Source of the DNA: Candidatus Sysuiplasma jiujiangense
Lineage (GTDB): Archaea > Thermoplasmatota > Thermoplasmata > Sysuiplasmatales > Sysuiplasmataceae
Direction: 5' to 3'
Assembly (NCBI GenBank): GCA_019721075.1
Contig: JAHEAD010000003.1
Span: forward strand, 62,001 to 126,000
Length of the DNA: 64,000 nt
Shown: in pieces, positions 20,317 to 30,278 of the stretch
How positions within the stretch are numbered: position 1 is the first letter of the stretch
Layout of the letters: every line of letters begins with the position of its first letter
The notes under the pieces: model-generated
Databases searched by the model: none
Seen by the model: only the letters and a program-made list of their open reading frames with translations
Told to the model about the DNA's origin: nothing
Position numbers and translations under genes: made by a program

Positions 20317-22041
20317 ATGGTAAGCGCGGAAGAGCAGAAACAGCAGGAAGAGGAACAGCAGAAAAGACACATGGGAATGAAATCCAGATACATCCGTTTC
20401 CTGAATTCCCTCGGAAACAAGCCCGTGCGTGTCAGGATAACCGAGGAAGAATTTAAGGAAGGACGCAACGAGAAAATAACCCCGGTTCCGCTGATTAACG
20501 AGAAGACGGTGGAAGAGGTGGAGCTCATACCTCTGAAGGAGCCCTATTCTTACGCACGCATAAAGTACGACACCATACCGAATGAATACATATACGAGCT
20601 CATAGAACCCCCGCTATCCCTGGATGAGCGCAGCGTACTGACTAAACTGAAGGAAGCGCTGGTCTCGACGCTCAACTTGTCCGAACAGGATGAAAAGGAG
20701 GAGAGGGAAAAGGTTCTCAAAAAGGCAACCCTTGAAGTAATGCGTGCCCTCGATATTTCACTCAACCCCATATCAATGGAGAGAATATTCTATTACCTGA
20801 GCAGGGATTTGGTCGGACTGGGCACAATAGAGGGCGTTATGCTCGACAGCAACGTGGAGGACGTTTCCTGCGACGGCGTCAACATACCGCTGTTCATTTT
20901 CCACAGGAAATACGGCTCAATAAAGTCGAACATCAGATTTGAGAAGGAGACCGACCTCGATGCATTTGTTGTCTGGCTTGCACAGCGCTCTGGGAAGACC
21001 ATATCGGTGGCAAACCCGATGCTGGACGCCACGCTTCCAGACGGCTCAAGGCTGAATGCGACACTGGGAAAGCATGTTACAAAGAAGGGCTCCTCGTTTA
21101 CAATCAGGCGGTTCAAGGACGACCCGTTCACACCGATAGACCTCGTTCGCTTCAAGACAATGAGCATCGAGATGATGGCCTATCTCTGGCTCTGTATAGA
21201 ATATGGCAGCTCGATGATGGTCTGCGGAGGTACAGCAAGCGGCAAGACCACTACACTCAATGCTGTTCTGCTCTTCATACCGCCGCAGATGAAGATAATA
21301 AGCATCGAGGACACCAGGGAGCTTAACCTTCCGCACGAGAACTGGATTGCATCCGTGACAAGGGAAGGTTTTGGCGGCAAGTCTTCAGGCCAGATGGCCG
21401 GAGCTGTTGACATGTTCGACCTGCTGACCGCAGCAATGAGACAGAGACCCCAGTACCTGATGGTGGGAGAAGTCAGGGGCAAGGAGGCGTATGTGGTGTT
21501 TCAGGCAATGGCCACAGGCACAATAGCCTATTCGACATTCCATGCCGACGATCTGAGTGCAATGATACACAGGATGGAAAGTGAGCCGATAAATCTCCCG
21601 AGGTCACTCATGACGGCACTGAACATAATGCTCCTCCAGGGGCAGGTGAAGGTCGGCACCAAGATGACAAGAAGGGTCAAGTCGCTCACCGAGATCGTCG
21701 GTCTTGATCCGGAAACAAACGAGATCATATACAACTCGGTGTTTAACTGGAATCCGGCCGATGACCGCTTCCACTTCTCAGGGCACAGCTACATATTTGA
21801 AAAGATAAGATTGTCCAGAGGATGGTCCCCGAGGCAGATGGAGAACGAGATGCGCAGAAGGGTTCTCGTCCTCGAATACATGAGGAAGAAGAACTACAAC
21901 AACTACAAGAAGGTCGCATCCCTGATATCTGCATACTACAGGGACCCCGACAGGACAACAGAAATGATTGAGAAGGAATTGACTGATGTGGGCCAGCCGG
22001 GCGGCCAGGGACAGCCCGGGCAGCCCACAACAAAGGCATAG
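20317..22041 (+). CDS. Type II/IV secretion / pilus assembly ATPase (VirB11/FlaI family), copy 2
   Basis: EDVSCDG, Walker A GGTASGKTT, IEDTRE, RQRPQYLMVGEVRG and STFHA. Confidence 0.93.
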   Translation: MVSAEEQKQQEEEQQKRHMGMKSRYIRFLNSLGNKPVRVRITEEEFKEGRNEKITPVPLINEKTVEEVELIPLKEPYSYARIKYDTIPNEYIYELIEPPLSLDERSVLTKLKEALVSTLNLSEQDEKEEREKVLKKATLEVMRALDISLNPISMERIFYYLSRDLVGLGTIEGVMLDSNVEDVSCDGVNIPLFIFHRKYGSIKSNIRFEKETDLDAFVVWLAQRSGKTISVANPMLDATLPDGSRLNATLGKHVTKKGSSFTIRRFKDDPFTPIDLVRFKTMSIEMMAYLWLCIEYGSSMMVCGGTASGKTTTLNAVLLFIPPQMKIISIEDTRELNLPHENWIASVTREGFGGKSSGQMAGAVDMFDLLTAAMRQRPQYLMVGEVRGKEAYVVFQAMATGTIAYSTFHADDLSAMIHRMESEPINLPRSLMTALNIMLLQGQVKVGTKMTRRVKSLTEIVGLDPETNEIIYNSVFNWNPADDRFHFSGHSYIFEKIRLSRGWSPRQMENEMRRRVLVLEYMRKKNYNNYKKVASLISAYYRDPDRTTEMIEKELTDVGQPGGQGQPGQPTTKA

Positions 22042-22143
22042 ATTGTATTTTGTAATCTGCAAGAGTGAATATGACCTGAACATCAGTTTCCATTCTCTGA
22101 ACAATGCTGAAATATCAGGCGCGGCTATCCCGGAATTGATAAA

Positions 22144-22425
22144 ATGCTGACAGTAGGGCTCTATTACGACGTCGTGCCGGGAAAGGAAAATGATTTTGAA
22201 AGCTACTTCAACCTGGTCGTCGCGGAAATCAAGAAAAAGAAAGGTTTCGTTTCCGCTCTTCTTTACAAACGGGTGGATAAACCGGGCAGCTATCTCATTT
22301 ATTCGGAATGGAAGGACAGAGAATCGTTTGAAGAATTCATCAAGTCAAGAGACTTCAGCAGCGCAAAGGAAGGCGGATCCGATATGCTCGCCGGAAGACC
22401 ATCTCACAAGATTTACAACGCCTGA
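22144..22425 (+). CDS. Antibiotic biosynthesis monooxygenase (ABM) family protein
   Basis: 93 aa with the ABM pattern VVPGKENDFE, GFVSALLY, YLIYSEWKDRESFEEF. Confidence 0.8.
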   Translation: MLTVGLYYDVVPGKENDFESYFNLVVAEIKKKKGFVSALLYKRVDKPGSYLIYSEWKDRESFEEFIKSRDFSSAKEGGSDMLAGRPSHKIYNA

Positions 22426-22986
22426 TGAGGAAGCCGTCGCATCATGTGTTCATAAAGTCGAAAACGTTGCCCTTTTCGTGCCTATATTCTTGTTTTTCGG
22501 GAATGACCAGCCTCCATGATGAAGAGTCCAGATGGAAGGGGGATGGTTGTGGCGGATTTTCTCATTTTCATTGTTCTGCCTCCTTCTCCTTCAACTCGAT
22601 GAACTCACCTGACGTCAACGTCACATGGCGAGGGAAGAGGAACGCATTTATCCGTTGTAACCGAGGTTCTACAATGTGAATTGCCTCCCTGGTGAAATGA
22701 TGATTTTGCGTTGGTAATTTCGATTTATCGTGCATGTGTGTATTGAGTATACGAAACACAATAAATCTACCATTGTTTCTCCGGAAAAGCATTCTTGATG
22801 GGGGCTAATTACACCATTGAAGAAACGTACAGAACAGAGCGCATAATGCTGCAGAGAACGTTCAGACAGCGGAACAACTAAGCGACGACAAGGCCAGCAG
22901 GCAATTGTTGGTTTAGAGCCTCCAATTTCATCAGGATGAAAGTTCCCAGTATCCACCCTATTGAGACAAGTTTTACTCCGACAAAA

Positions 22987-23363
22987 ATGACAAAAATTGA
23001 AATGTCATTTCCAAATTAAGATCATCGCTCGATGTCAGGCCTGTCGGTTACAGGCCTTGTGACAGGATTGCTGAACACATATGGATCTGCGTGCTTGCGT
23101 ATCTCATCGAACGCATTGCCGAGATCGATGTGAAGACAATGCACGAACGTAATAGCCCGGACAGGCAGCTGCCAGCAATAAGTGCTGAAAGCGTCTTCAG
23201 TTCATTCGGCAACATAGTTCTCAGCGAACATGCGGTGAAGGATGATTCGGCACGCAGGTGATTCACCGCAACACAGCGCACAGGATGGCAGACCGCACTC
23301 GCAGAGTCGCGGGACATCGGAGAGAAGGTGTTTACGGAAGAGAAGAATGTTCAGTTTGTCTAA
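22987..23363 (+). pseudogene. IS1634-family transposase remnant (C-terminal part, with a frameshift and an internal stop)
   Basis: Hand translation: KIEMSF / frameshift / KLRSSLDVRPVGYRPCDRIAEHIWICVLAYLIERIAE...ARR*FTATQRTGWQTALAE. Fits the IS1634 pattern IExxFRxLKSxLxxRPVYHRxxxRIxAHxxICVLAY. Not present in the ORF track. Confidence 0.75.
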
Positions 23364-23620
23364 ACAGACTTCTCTTCTCGATTACCACTACAAACGAAAG
23401 TGAAATTCCCGAACAATCACGCAAAAAATCCTGTCGAACTTGGGTAATAAAAGTCGATAACACATGCCAGCAGTTGAGAGATGCAAAGTCTTTCACGAAA
23501 GAGGCAAGAAGGATGGATGTTCTCTGTCGAGAATGTCATATCCATTCCTTTTGCGAGAAGTCAGGTTAAACGAGTCTCACGAAAGTGCAGTTCACAAATT
23601 GACACCATGATAGACTTCAT

Positions 23621-25573
23621 TCAGTACCAGTAAATTCCAGTGAAAGGAAGCGATTGCCCATATGGTATCCCAGTTGTTGTCAGAGTTGTAGGTGGAGTTT
23701 CCGCCGGCCATTGATACCCGAAAAGTATCAGGAAATCAGCAGATACCGCTGGCGTGCCTACACCACTTGACCCGCTACCAAATGCGCCGGTTATAAAAGG
23801 ACCGCCAGTTGATGTTGGCGGTGGAATCGATGGTTTGGTGCCTAATGATGATTCGGATATTCCAAAACTCACGTTTACTGAAACGGCAACCCCTCCAATC
23901 GCTGCTGGAAGGAGTATATAATTTGACGGATTATAGGAGGAAGGACTCCCAAGAGCAGGATAAGTAGCACTGCTTTGACTTACTGTGGTCTGATGGTATC
24001 CAGGCGTGCCGGATGAGTTGACGAACCATTCAGTGGCTCCTGCAGATTCGTTCATTACTATGAATGACATATCAGCATAGAATTTATTGGGCGTGGAAAA
24101 ACTGAAAAACACAAAAGCAATTTGGGAGAAACCATCAAGGTAGATATCATGCGAAGTCGTCACACTTCCAGACCAGTTGTGATTTTCAAGGACGAGATTG
24201 AAATAAACGCCTGCGCTTGATTTATGCGGAGTAGATGAATATATCACATCACTGGTAGGTATGCTATATCCGGAATTATAACTCGGATTTGCGCCTGTAC
24301 TCATGTTTCTCCAGCTGAACTGTGAAAAGCTCATGCTTGTATCTCCAAGATATTTCGATGGGTAAGACTGATTCAATAAGGAGCTCGAATTGAGGGATTG
24401 AAGCACCACCAACTCCACAGTGAAGTAAGCTTTATTGCCACTCGAATCGGTCGCTGTTATCAGGAATGGTTCCACGCCAGAAGCTGAGGAGTTTACTTTA
24501 CCGGACAGGGTGTATATTCCAGGATAGTCCGTGGTATTCATTGGTTTTGGAGAACCGCTGACGGATATGTTCGTCAATGACGGACTGAGAGCCCTCACTG
24601 TAATGCTTCCAACACCTTTGCCGTTATTAAGAGGATCAAATGCCAGTTGATTATTGTCAACAACATACGCGGTTATGCTGAACTTACCTCCCATTGTCGT
24701 CGGGGTTGTCGGATTCGGGTTAATGCTCGCGGTTACAATATTAGGACCTGTGTTTTCCACTGACACCATAAAAGTGTAATTGGAGGATGTATGAGAGTTC
24801 CCGACTGTGTCATTGACAGTTACCGTCACCGGATAAGAACTGCCCACCTGGACCATGGTTGCATTCACACGAAAGGATGTTGTATTATAGAGACCACCCG
24901 AAGAGCCTGCTGTGAGCATTGGCATCCACTTTGCCTTGCTGGAGTCATTGAGAAGACTTACGTTCGCGGTAACAGTGATCGCATGGTTGCTTCCATATAT
25001 ACTTGCATACACAGTGATGTTGCTTCCAGGACTTACCGGATTGGGCAAAGCCCAGGCGCTCTGAATTACTGGCCGAACATGTGAAGGTTTTCCTTGAAGA
25101 ACAGAGCTCCAGACAAGATAGTTATTGGCCTTGTCAATAATTGATACCATTACAACGCTTGTGCTCGTAACGGCTAAAGATCCGGTCAGATTTACTCCCC
25201 ACAGTATATCTATTGTCCATCGGACAGAATTCCAATGTGAGAAATTCTGGCCATATCCCTCATCCAGGGAAAAAACAGATGTGTTCTGGTTCACCTGCAC
25301 AACAACGGCCGTAAGGGAGCTTGTGAGTGCCTGGCCCCCTTCATGCGTAATGTTCAGATAAGTGGGAGAGGTGGTGTTAGACAGTGTAGCATTGAAGTCG
25401 GCATAGGTCTGGGCATTCGGCGTCGGAAAGGCATTCACATAGAGGAATATTGTCGAAAACAGGGTTACCGTTATTCCCAGTATCAGTATGTCGCCAATGA
25501 TTTCAGAAACGCCCGAGTCCTTCCTTCCCTTCCTTGAAGTACTCTTCCTCGAATTAATCATGAAACTCAACAC
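23621..25573 (-). CDS. Large type IV pilin-like adhesin (class III signal peptide, Ig-like repeats), about 650 aa
   Basis: RKGRKDSG|VSEIIGDILILGITVTLF, an archaeal pilin N-terminus with ITHEGG. Two related PxIxxAxxxPNP Ig-like units and an S/T-rich C-terminal region. Confidence 0.85.
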   Translation of the reverse strand: MLSFMINSRKSTSRKGRKDSGVSEIIGDILILGITVTLFSTIFLYVNAFPTPNAQTYADFNATLSNTTSPTYLNITHEGGQALTSSLTAVVVQVNQNTSVFSLDEGYGQNFSHWNSVRWTIDILWGVNLTGSLAVTSTSVVMVSIIDKANNYLVWSSVLQGKPSHVRPVIQSAWALPNPVSPGSNITVYASIYGSNHAITVTANVSLLNDSSKAKWMPMLTAGSSGGLYNTTSFRVNATMVQVGSSYPVTVTVNDTVGNSHTSSNYTFMVSVENTGPNIVTASINPNPTTPTTMGGKFSITAYVVDNNQLAFDPLNNGKGVGSITVRALSPSLTNISVSGSPKPMNTTDYPGIYTLSGKVNSSASGVEPFLITATDSSGNKAYFTVELVVLQSLNSSSLLNQSYPSKYLGDTSMSFSQFSWRNMSTGANPSYNSGYSIPTSDVIYSSTPHKSSAGVYFNLVLENHNWSGSVTTSHDIYLDGFSQIAFVFFSFSTPNKFYADMSFIVMNESAGATEWFVNSSGTPGYHQTTVSQSSATYPALGSPSSYNPSNYILLPAAIGGVAVSVNVSFGISESSLGTKPSIPPPTSTGGPFITGAFGSGSSGVGTPAVSADFLILFGYQWPAETPPTTLTTTGIPYGQSLPFTGIYWY

Positions 25574-25807
25574 CGGTCTGGTTACAATTACCCTCAGAAC
25601 TGAATATAAAACAGAGCGACATGAGTTTCATAGTTTGATAACATCGGCTGGCATCGGCTGAGGCAACGGTCTGGCCGGTTAAACAGTTTCAATGCATGCA
25701 ATGTAACGAATATCGTAATTTCCTGTCTGCGGCATAATCGACTTTATAAACTTCACCAGTGTAAGGGCATTTTCACTCAGCTTTGAAAAATTGAACAGGG
25801 CGGACCG

Positions 25808-26482
25808 ATGAACTTACGCGATTTGAAGGGAATGCTCATAATAGGCGAAAGAAAGGTGTTCGGAGAGGTGGCAGAGATCATAGACACTGCCAGGGAAGCG
25901 GACAGCATAATAACCGCCATGTTCGTCAATCCCCGCGGAGATTCGATACAGCAGGAAAATGAGAAGATAAGGCTTCTCGAGAAGAAGTCGGACAATTTGA
26001 GTTTCCGTATTAAAAACGAAATAACAAACGGTGCAATAAGCTCCAACATTATCGACAATCTCCTTGAATGCGTGGAGATGGCCGACAGCGTGATGGACGA
26101 CTTCTACTACATCAGCAGGGAAATGAACCGCATGAGAACGGTTGATACCCAGAAAGAAGACGGCAAACTTTCAGTTTTCAACGAAATGGCCCTCTCGATG
26201 ATGAAACTTGCAGATCAGGCTATGGAACTGCTGACAAGGATGCTGAAGTCAAAGGACATAGGCGAAATGAAGGAGGACAGGAAGAGCATCGAGAAACTTG
26301 AGGAAGACGGCGACAACATAAAGGATGCGGCATTTGACAAACTTTACAGCATTGCCGCGGAGATCAATTTCCTCCAGTTCAACCACGTAAGCAACATGAT
26401 ACACAAAATTGATGACATACTGGACGGCTGCGAGGATGTCTCCGACCTGGTGCTGGCAATAGCGACATCGATCTCGAAGTGA
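25808..26482 (+). CDS. DUF47 / PhoU-like phosphate transport regulator
   Basis: IRLLEKKSD and IEKLEEDGD repeats, IDDILDGCED. Overlaps the PiT transporter gene. Confidence 0.85.
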   Translation: MNLRDLKGMLIIGERKVFGEVAEIIDTAREADSIITAMFVNPRGDSIQQENEKIRLLEKKSDNLSFRIKNEITNGAISSNIIDNLLECVEMADSVMDDFYYISREMNRMRTVDTQKEDGKLSVFNEMALSMMKLADQAMELLTRMLKSKDIGEMKEDRKSIEKLEEDGDNIKDAAFDKLYSIAAEINFLQFNHVSNMIHKIDDILDGCEDVSDLVLAIATSISK

Positions 26483-27387
26483 TGCAGACGTTCTACATTA
26501 CCACGGCAATCGCGCTGCTGGCAGCAGTCTCGCTTGTGGCGGGAAACAACCTGAGCGCCTGCGTGGGCACAACAATCGGGTCAGGCATCCTGGGCAGGAA
26601 ATCAGGAATTGCGCTCGGAACACTGGGATACATTCTGGGCCTGCTGATACAGGGCTCATATCTGGAAAAGGCTGCCTCAAGGCTTCTGCCGTTCCCGACT
26701 CCCGCAATTGTGACGGAAGCCCTCGCGGTCACAGTCATTGTTTTCCTGATAGGTCATTTTCTGAAGGCGCCACTGTCCCTGACTATGTCCCTGGTCGGAC
26801 TGATGGCCGGCATTTCATATGCACACCACCAGTCGATAGACCTCCATTACTTCGGGGAAGTTGCGGCAATGTGGGTTGTGGCTCCGCTGGTTGCGCTAGT
26901 TTCCGCATTCATTCTGACGAAGGCTGTAAACAGATCCGATCCGCGGGACATCTGGAATCGTGTGGCCGTTTACAAAGTCATGCTCATCGCAGCCTCCTTC
27001 TTCGCCTCCTATGTTCTCGGCGCAAACACCATTGGCCTAATGGTTTCCGTTGCCGGCTACAGTCTGCCAAACCTCATTGTCGCGATAGCTGCAATTGTAA
27101 TCGGCACCGTCCTCCTCAGCTCCAGGGAACTCAGGCGTGTCGGTCATGAACTCTTTTCTCTGCGATACTCGAATGCACTCATCACGCTTGCGAATTCCAT
27201 ACTGCTTGTTGAACTTGCCACGCTGTTCGGCATACCGCTCTCCAGCACGCAGACACTGTCCGCAGGTCTCTTTGGCTCCGGTCTTTCATATAAGCAGAGA
27301 TACATTTCGATGAAGCCCTTTGCAGTCATCGTGCTGGGATGGATCATTGCTCCTGCTGCGAGTTTTCTGGCCGGATACTTGATATAA
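26479..27387 (+). CDS. Inorganic phosphate transporter (PiT family)
   Basis: Hydrophobic protein with GNNLSACVGT, GANTIG and GIPLSSTQT PiT-like signatures. Confidence 0.85.
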   Translation: MMQTFYITTAIALLAAVSLVAGNNLSACVGTTIGSGILGRKSGIALGTLGYILGLLIQGSYLEKAASRLLPFPTPAIVTEALAVTVIVFLIGHFLKAPLSLTMSLVGLMAGISYAHHQSIDLHYFGEVAAMWVVAPLVALVSAFILTKAVNRSDPRDIWNRVAVYKVMLIAASFFASYVLGANTIGLMVSVAGYSLPNLIVAIAAIVIGTVLLSSRELRRVGHELFSLRYSNALITLANSILLVELATLFGIPLSSTQTLSAGLFGSGLSYKQRYISMKPFAVIVLGWIIAPAASFLAGYLI

Positions 27388-27477
27388 GCGGAGGACTGTG
27401 TAAAGATTTTGAAAATAGTTAAACTATTAAGCTTATAAAAGATAGGGCTCCCGCCGTAACTGTGCCAAAGGAGAGAA

Positions 27478-28170
27478 ATGATGCCCGGAAGAAAACATTA
27501 CGAGATTGACAACGAGCTGGTCAGGACAGATCTGATGGACAAGGCCAGCCATTCAACACGCAATGCGATTATCGCCATAGTGAAGCAGAACGGAGAGACG
27601 AGCATGAAAAACGTAGCCGCATCACTGGGCATCAGCAAAATGGCGGTGAGCAAGCATCTTTCAAATCTGGAGAGAGACAGGCTTGTCCAGAAACGGGTAA
27701 TGAGGTCAGGTGTCGGCAGGCCGGAGTACAGATATTCACTGACGCCCAGCGCACACTATCTTTTCCCTACATCGTACCCGTACATTGCGTTGTCGGCACT
27801 GTCATTTATAGAGGAAAAGGTGGGAAAGGAGGGCATCACGGAGTTCTTTGAAAGGAGGAAGAACGAACTCCAGGAAAGATATTCGGCCAGGCTTTCAGGC
27901 CTGTCGTTCGAAGACAGGGTGAAGGAACTTGCACGGATAAGGGAGGAGGAAGGTTTCCTTGCAGAATCCGGGAAGCTCGATGACGGGACAGATGTGCTCG
28001 CAGAACACAACTGCCCCCTAATGCAGGTCGCATCAAAATACGGCGCGGCGTGCACAAAGGAACTGGAGCTCTTCAGGGCTCTTCTCGGAGACAGTGTTGA
28101 GCGGACTCACTGGATGGTTGAAGGAAAACACATGTGCCGCTATCTGATCAGACCGAAGAAGACAGAATGA
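27478..28170 (+). CDS. Winged-HTH transcriptional regulator, SufR-like
   Basis: HTH LGISKMAVSKHLSNLE, GVGRPEYRYSLT, FPTSY, C-terminal EHNCP with C-X12-C-X2-E-X24-C. Confidence 0.8.
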   Translation: MMPGRKHYEIDNELVRTDLMDKASHSTRNAIIAIVKQNGETSMKNVAASLGISKMAVSKHLSNLERDRLVQKRVMRSGVGRPEYRYSLTPSAHYLFPTSYPYIALSALSFIEEKVGKEGITEFFERRKNELQERYSARLSGLSFEDRVKELARIREEEGFLAESGKLDDGTDVLAEHNCPLMQVASKYGAACTKELELFRALLGDSVERTHWMVEGKHMCRYLIRPKKTE

Positions 28171-28242
28171 AGCATTTCTTTGTGCCGGATATTGTGCGGC
28201 ATGAATTCATGATAAATATGATCTCAGGCATGCGGTTTCACT

Positions 28243-29397
28243 ATGCCTGACGCCAGATACCTCAGCGAGCTTCAATCGCATGTCAGGAAAATACTTCCCG
28301 AATGCATAGAGCTCAGAAGGAAAATACACACCCGTCCTGAACTTTCATTGAAGGAGAATGATACAGCTGCGGCAATTTCAGCATTCCTGAGCGGACACGG
28401 CCTGAACCCTCACAGTTACGGGTTCCCGTCCGTTGTCTGCGATTCCGGCGACCCGCCGGTTATCGCGCTGAGAGCCGACATGGACGCCCTCCCCATCATT
28501 GAGAATTCCGGAGAGGAATTTTCGAGCAGGGTGGAAGGAGTTATGCATGCATGCGGTCATGATGCGCACTCTTCGATGCTGGCGGGAGCGGCTGCCGTCA
28601 TACACGACAGGAAGAGGGCTCATGCCAGGTTCCTTTTCCAGCCGGCGGAGGAAATTGGAAGGGGTGCGAAGATGATGATTGAGGCGGGAGCACTCGAAGG
28701 AGTGGAAAGGGTTTTCGGTCTGCATGTATGGCCATCGCTTGATACCGGAACTGTTGCAATCCTGGACGGCCCGGCAATGGCCGCACCGGACGAGTTCTCA
28801 ATTACAGTCAGGGGCGCGGGAGGGCATGGCGCATATCCCCATCTCGCGAAGGACACGATACTTGCATCCTCATCCATCATAGACAGCGTTAACTGGCTTG
28901 TTTCCAGGACACTGGATCCGCTGCAGAGCGGGGTGGTATCGTTCGGCGAAATAAAGGGAGGAAATGCAGCAAACGTCATACCTTCCGAGGTTGTGATGAA
29001 AGGGACGATGAGAAGTTTTTCAGAGGATGTCAGGAAAAGGCTTTATGAGGGTATGAAGAGAGCCTGTTCGGCAGCGGAGACAAATTTTGGAGTGAGCGCA
29101 GAAATCAAATTGCTGAACAGCGGACCGGCTGTGATAAACGACCGTGAATTCGCAGAAAAATGCAGAACTCTTGCCGGCGGATTCATGGGCAATGCAGCCT
29201 GCAGTCCCACCATGGGCAGCGAGGACTTTGCATACTATCTCAAAAAAGTGAAGGGGGCATTCGCATTTCTGGGCACCGGAGGGGACTTATCGACAAGGGC
29301 TTCCAAGCACAGTGCTGTCTTCCGTTTCGATGAGAATGCCATGTTCTATGGCATCATGCTGGAGGTAATCATTGCAGAGAACTGGAACAGTCCATAG
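28243..29397 (+). CDS. M20 family amidohydrolase
   Basis: HTRPELS, LRADMDALP, MHACGHD, FQPAEE, GGHGAYPH, SEDF. Confidence 0.93.
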   Translation: MPDARYLSELQSHVRKILPECIELRRKIHTRPELSLKENDTAAAISAFLSGHGLNPHSYGFPSVVCDSGDPPVIALRADMDALPIIENSGEEFSSRVEGVMHACGHDAHSSMLAGAAAVIHDRKRAHARFLFQPAEEIGRGAKMMIEAGALEGVERVFGLHVWPSLDTGTVAILDGPAMAAPDEFSITVRGAGGHGAYPHLAKDTILASSSIIDSVNWLVSRTLDPLQSGVVSFGEIKGGNAANVIPSEVVMKGTMRSFSEDVRKRLYEGMKRACSAAETNFGVSAEIKLLNSGPAVINDREFAEKCRTLAGGFMGNAACSPTMGSEDFAYYLKKVKGAFAFLGTGGDLSTRASKHSAVFRFDENAMFYGIMLEVIIAENWNSP

Positions 29398-29468
29398 AAC
29401 TGAGATGCACGAAACCCACTGGAGATGATCTGCTGGTCGAAATATGTGAAATAAACGATCCGGAAAAA

Positions 29469-30260
29469 ATGAAGGAGGTATTAGCCGTTGCTGAAAGCGC
29501 CTGGGGAATGGAGGAGCCGGAGTCGTTTGTAGGAGATCTGCTGAATGCAGTCAGATACCACGGCGGACTCGTTCTTGGTGCGTACGATGGCGCAGAACTC
29601 GTCGGCTTCCTCTTCGGGATAATAGGAAGGGCCGGGGACAGGTATTACGTTTATTCACACATGACTGGTGTCATAGAGCAAAAGAAATATTCAGGCATTG
29701 GCCGCAGACTTAAACTGAGGCAGAGGGAGTGGGCCAGAGAGCATGGTTATGAGCTGGTCGCATGGACTTTTGATCCCCTGATGAGCCTTAACGGCAATTT
29801 CAATATCAGAAAACTGGGCGCAATAAGCAGAACATATCTTGTGAACTTCTACGGGACGATGACCGACAGGCTGAACGCAGGCATTGAAACAGACAGACTC
29901 ATAGCCGAATGGTGGACAGGCGAAGAAAGAGAATCGGAAACATTCAGGCCGGAAGATTACGAGACTTTAACCGAAACCAGGATTGGAAGAAGCGGGATGA
30001 GGGAGATTGCCTCGGTGCACGAGCCGGCCGGCGACAGGGTGACTGTCGAAATACCCTATGACTTTGTGCGATTGAAACAAGAAAAGATGGATGCGGCAAT
30101 CAGATGGAGGATGGAGACAAGAAAATTATTCAGAGAGCTGTTCAGCGGCGGTTATGTCGTGACATCGTTTGTGTCGGAGGGCGGGAGGAGCTATTATCTG
30201 CTCGACAGAAAATATCCGATGCCGCCTGCGTGGAAGGATCGCGTCTTCAAACAGGAGTGA
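29469..30260 (+). CDS. GNAT family acyltransferase (type associated with N-acylamino-acid racemase operons)
   Basis: YSHMTGV, GIGRRLKLRQRE, WTFDPL, NIRKLGA, NFYG, ETDRL. True start may lie further upstream because the frame is open. Confidence 0.8.
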   Translation: MKEVLAVAESAWGMEEPESFVGDLLNAVRYHGGLVLGAYDGAELVGFLFGIIGRAGDRYYVYSHMTGVIEQKKYSGIGRRLKLRQREWAREHGYELVAWTFDPLMSLNGNFNIRKLGAISRTYLVNFYGTMTDRLNAGIETDRLIAEWWTGEERESETFRPEDYETLTETRIGRSGMREIASVHEPAGDRVTVEIPYDFVRLKQEKMDAAIRWRMETRKLFRELFSGGYVVTSFVSEGGRSYYLLDRKYPMPPAWKDRVFKQE

Positions 30261-30278
30261 GCGGTGCCGGGGAGCATG

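Noticed and set aside
15653..22041. Archaellum (arl/fla) operon
   Set aside because: No archaellin, ArlF/G or in-operon ArlH. Two separate TadB/C-type genes indicate a pilus system.
22425..22980. Short ORFs (74-95 aa) in the decayed region
   Set aside because: No recognisable motif and mutually overlapping frames. I could not assign them even as pseudogenes.
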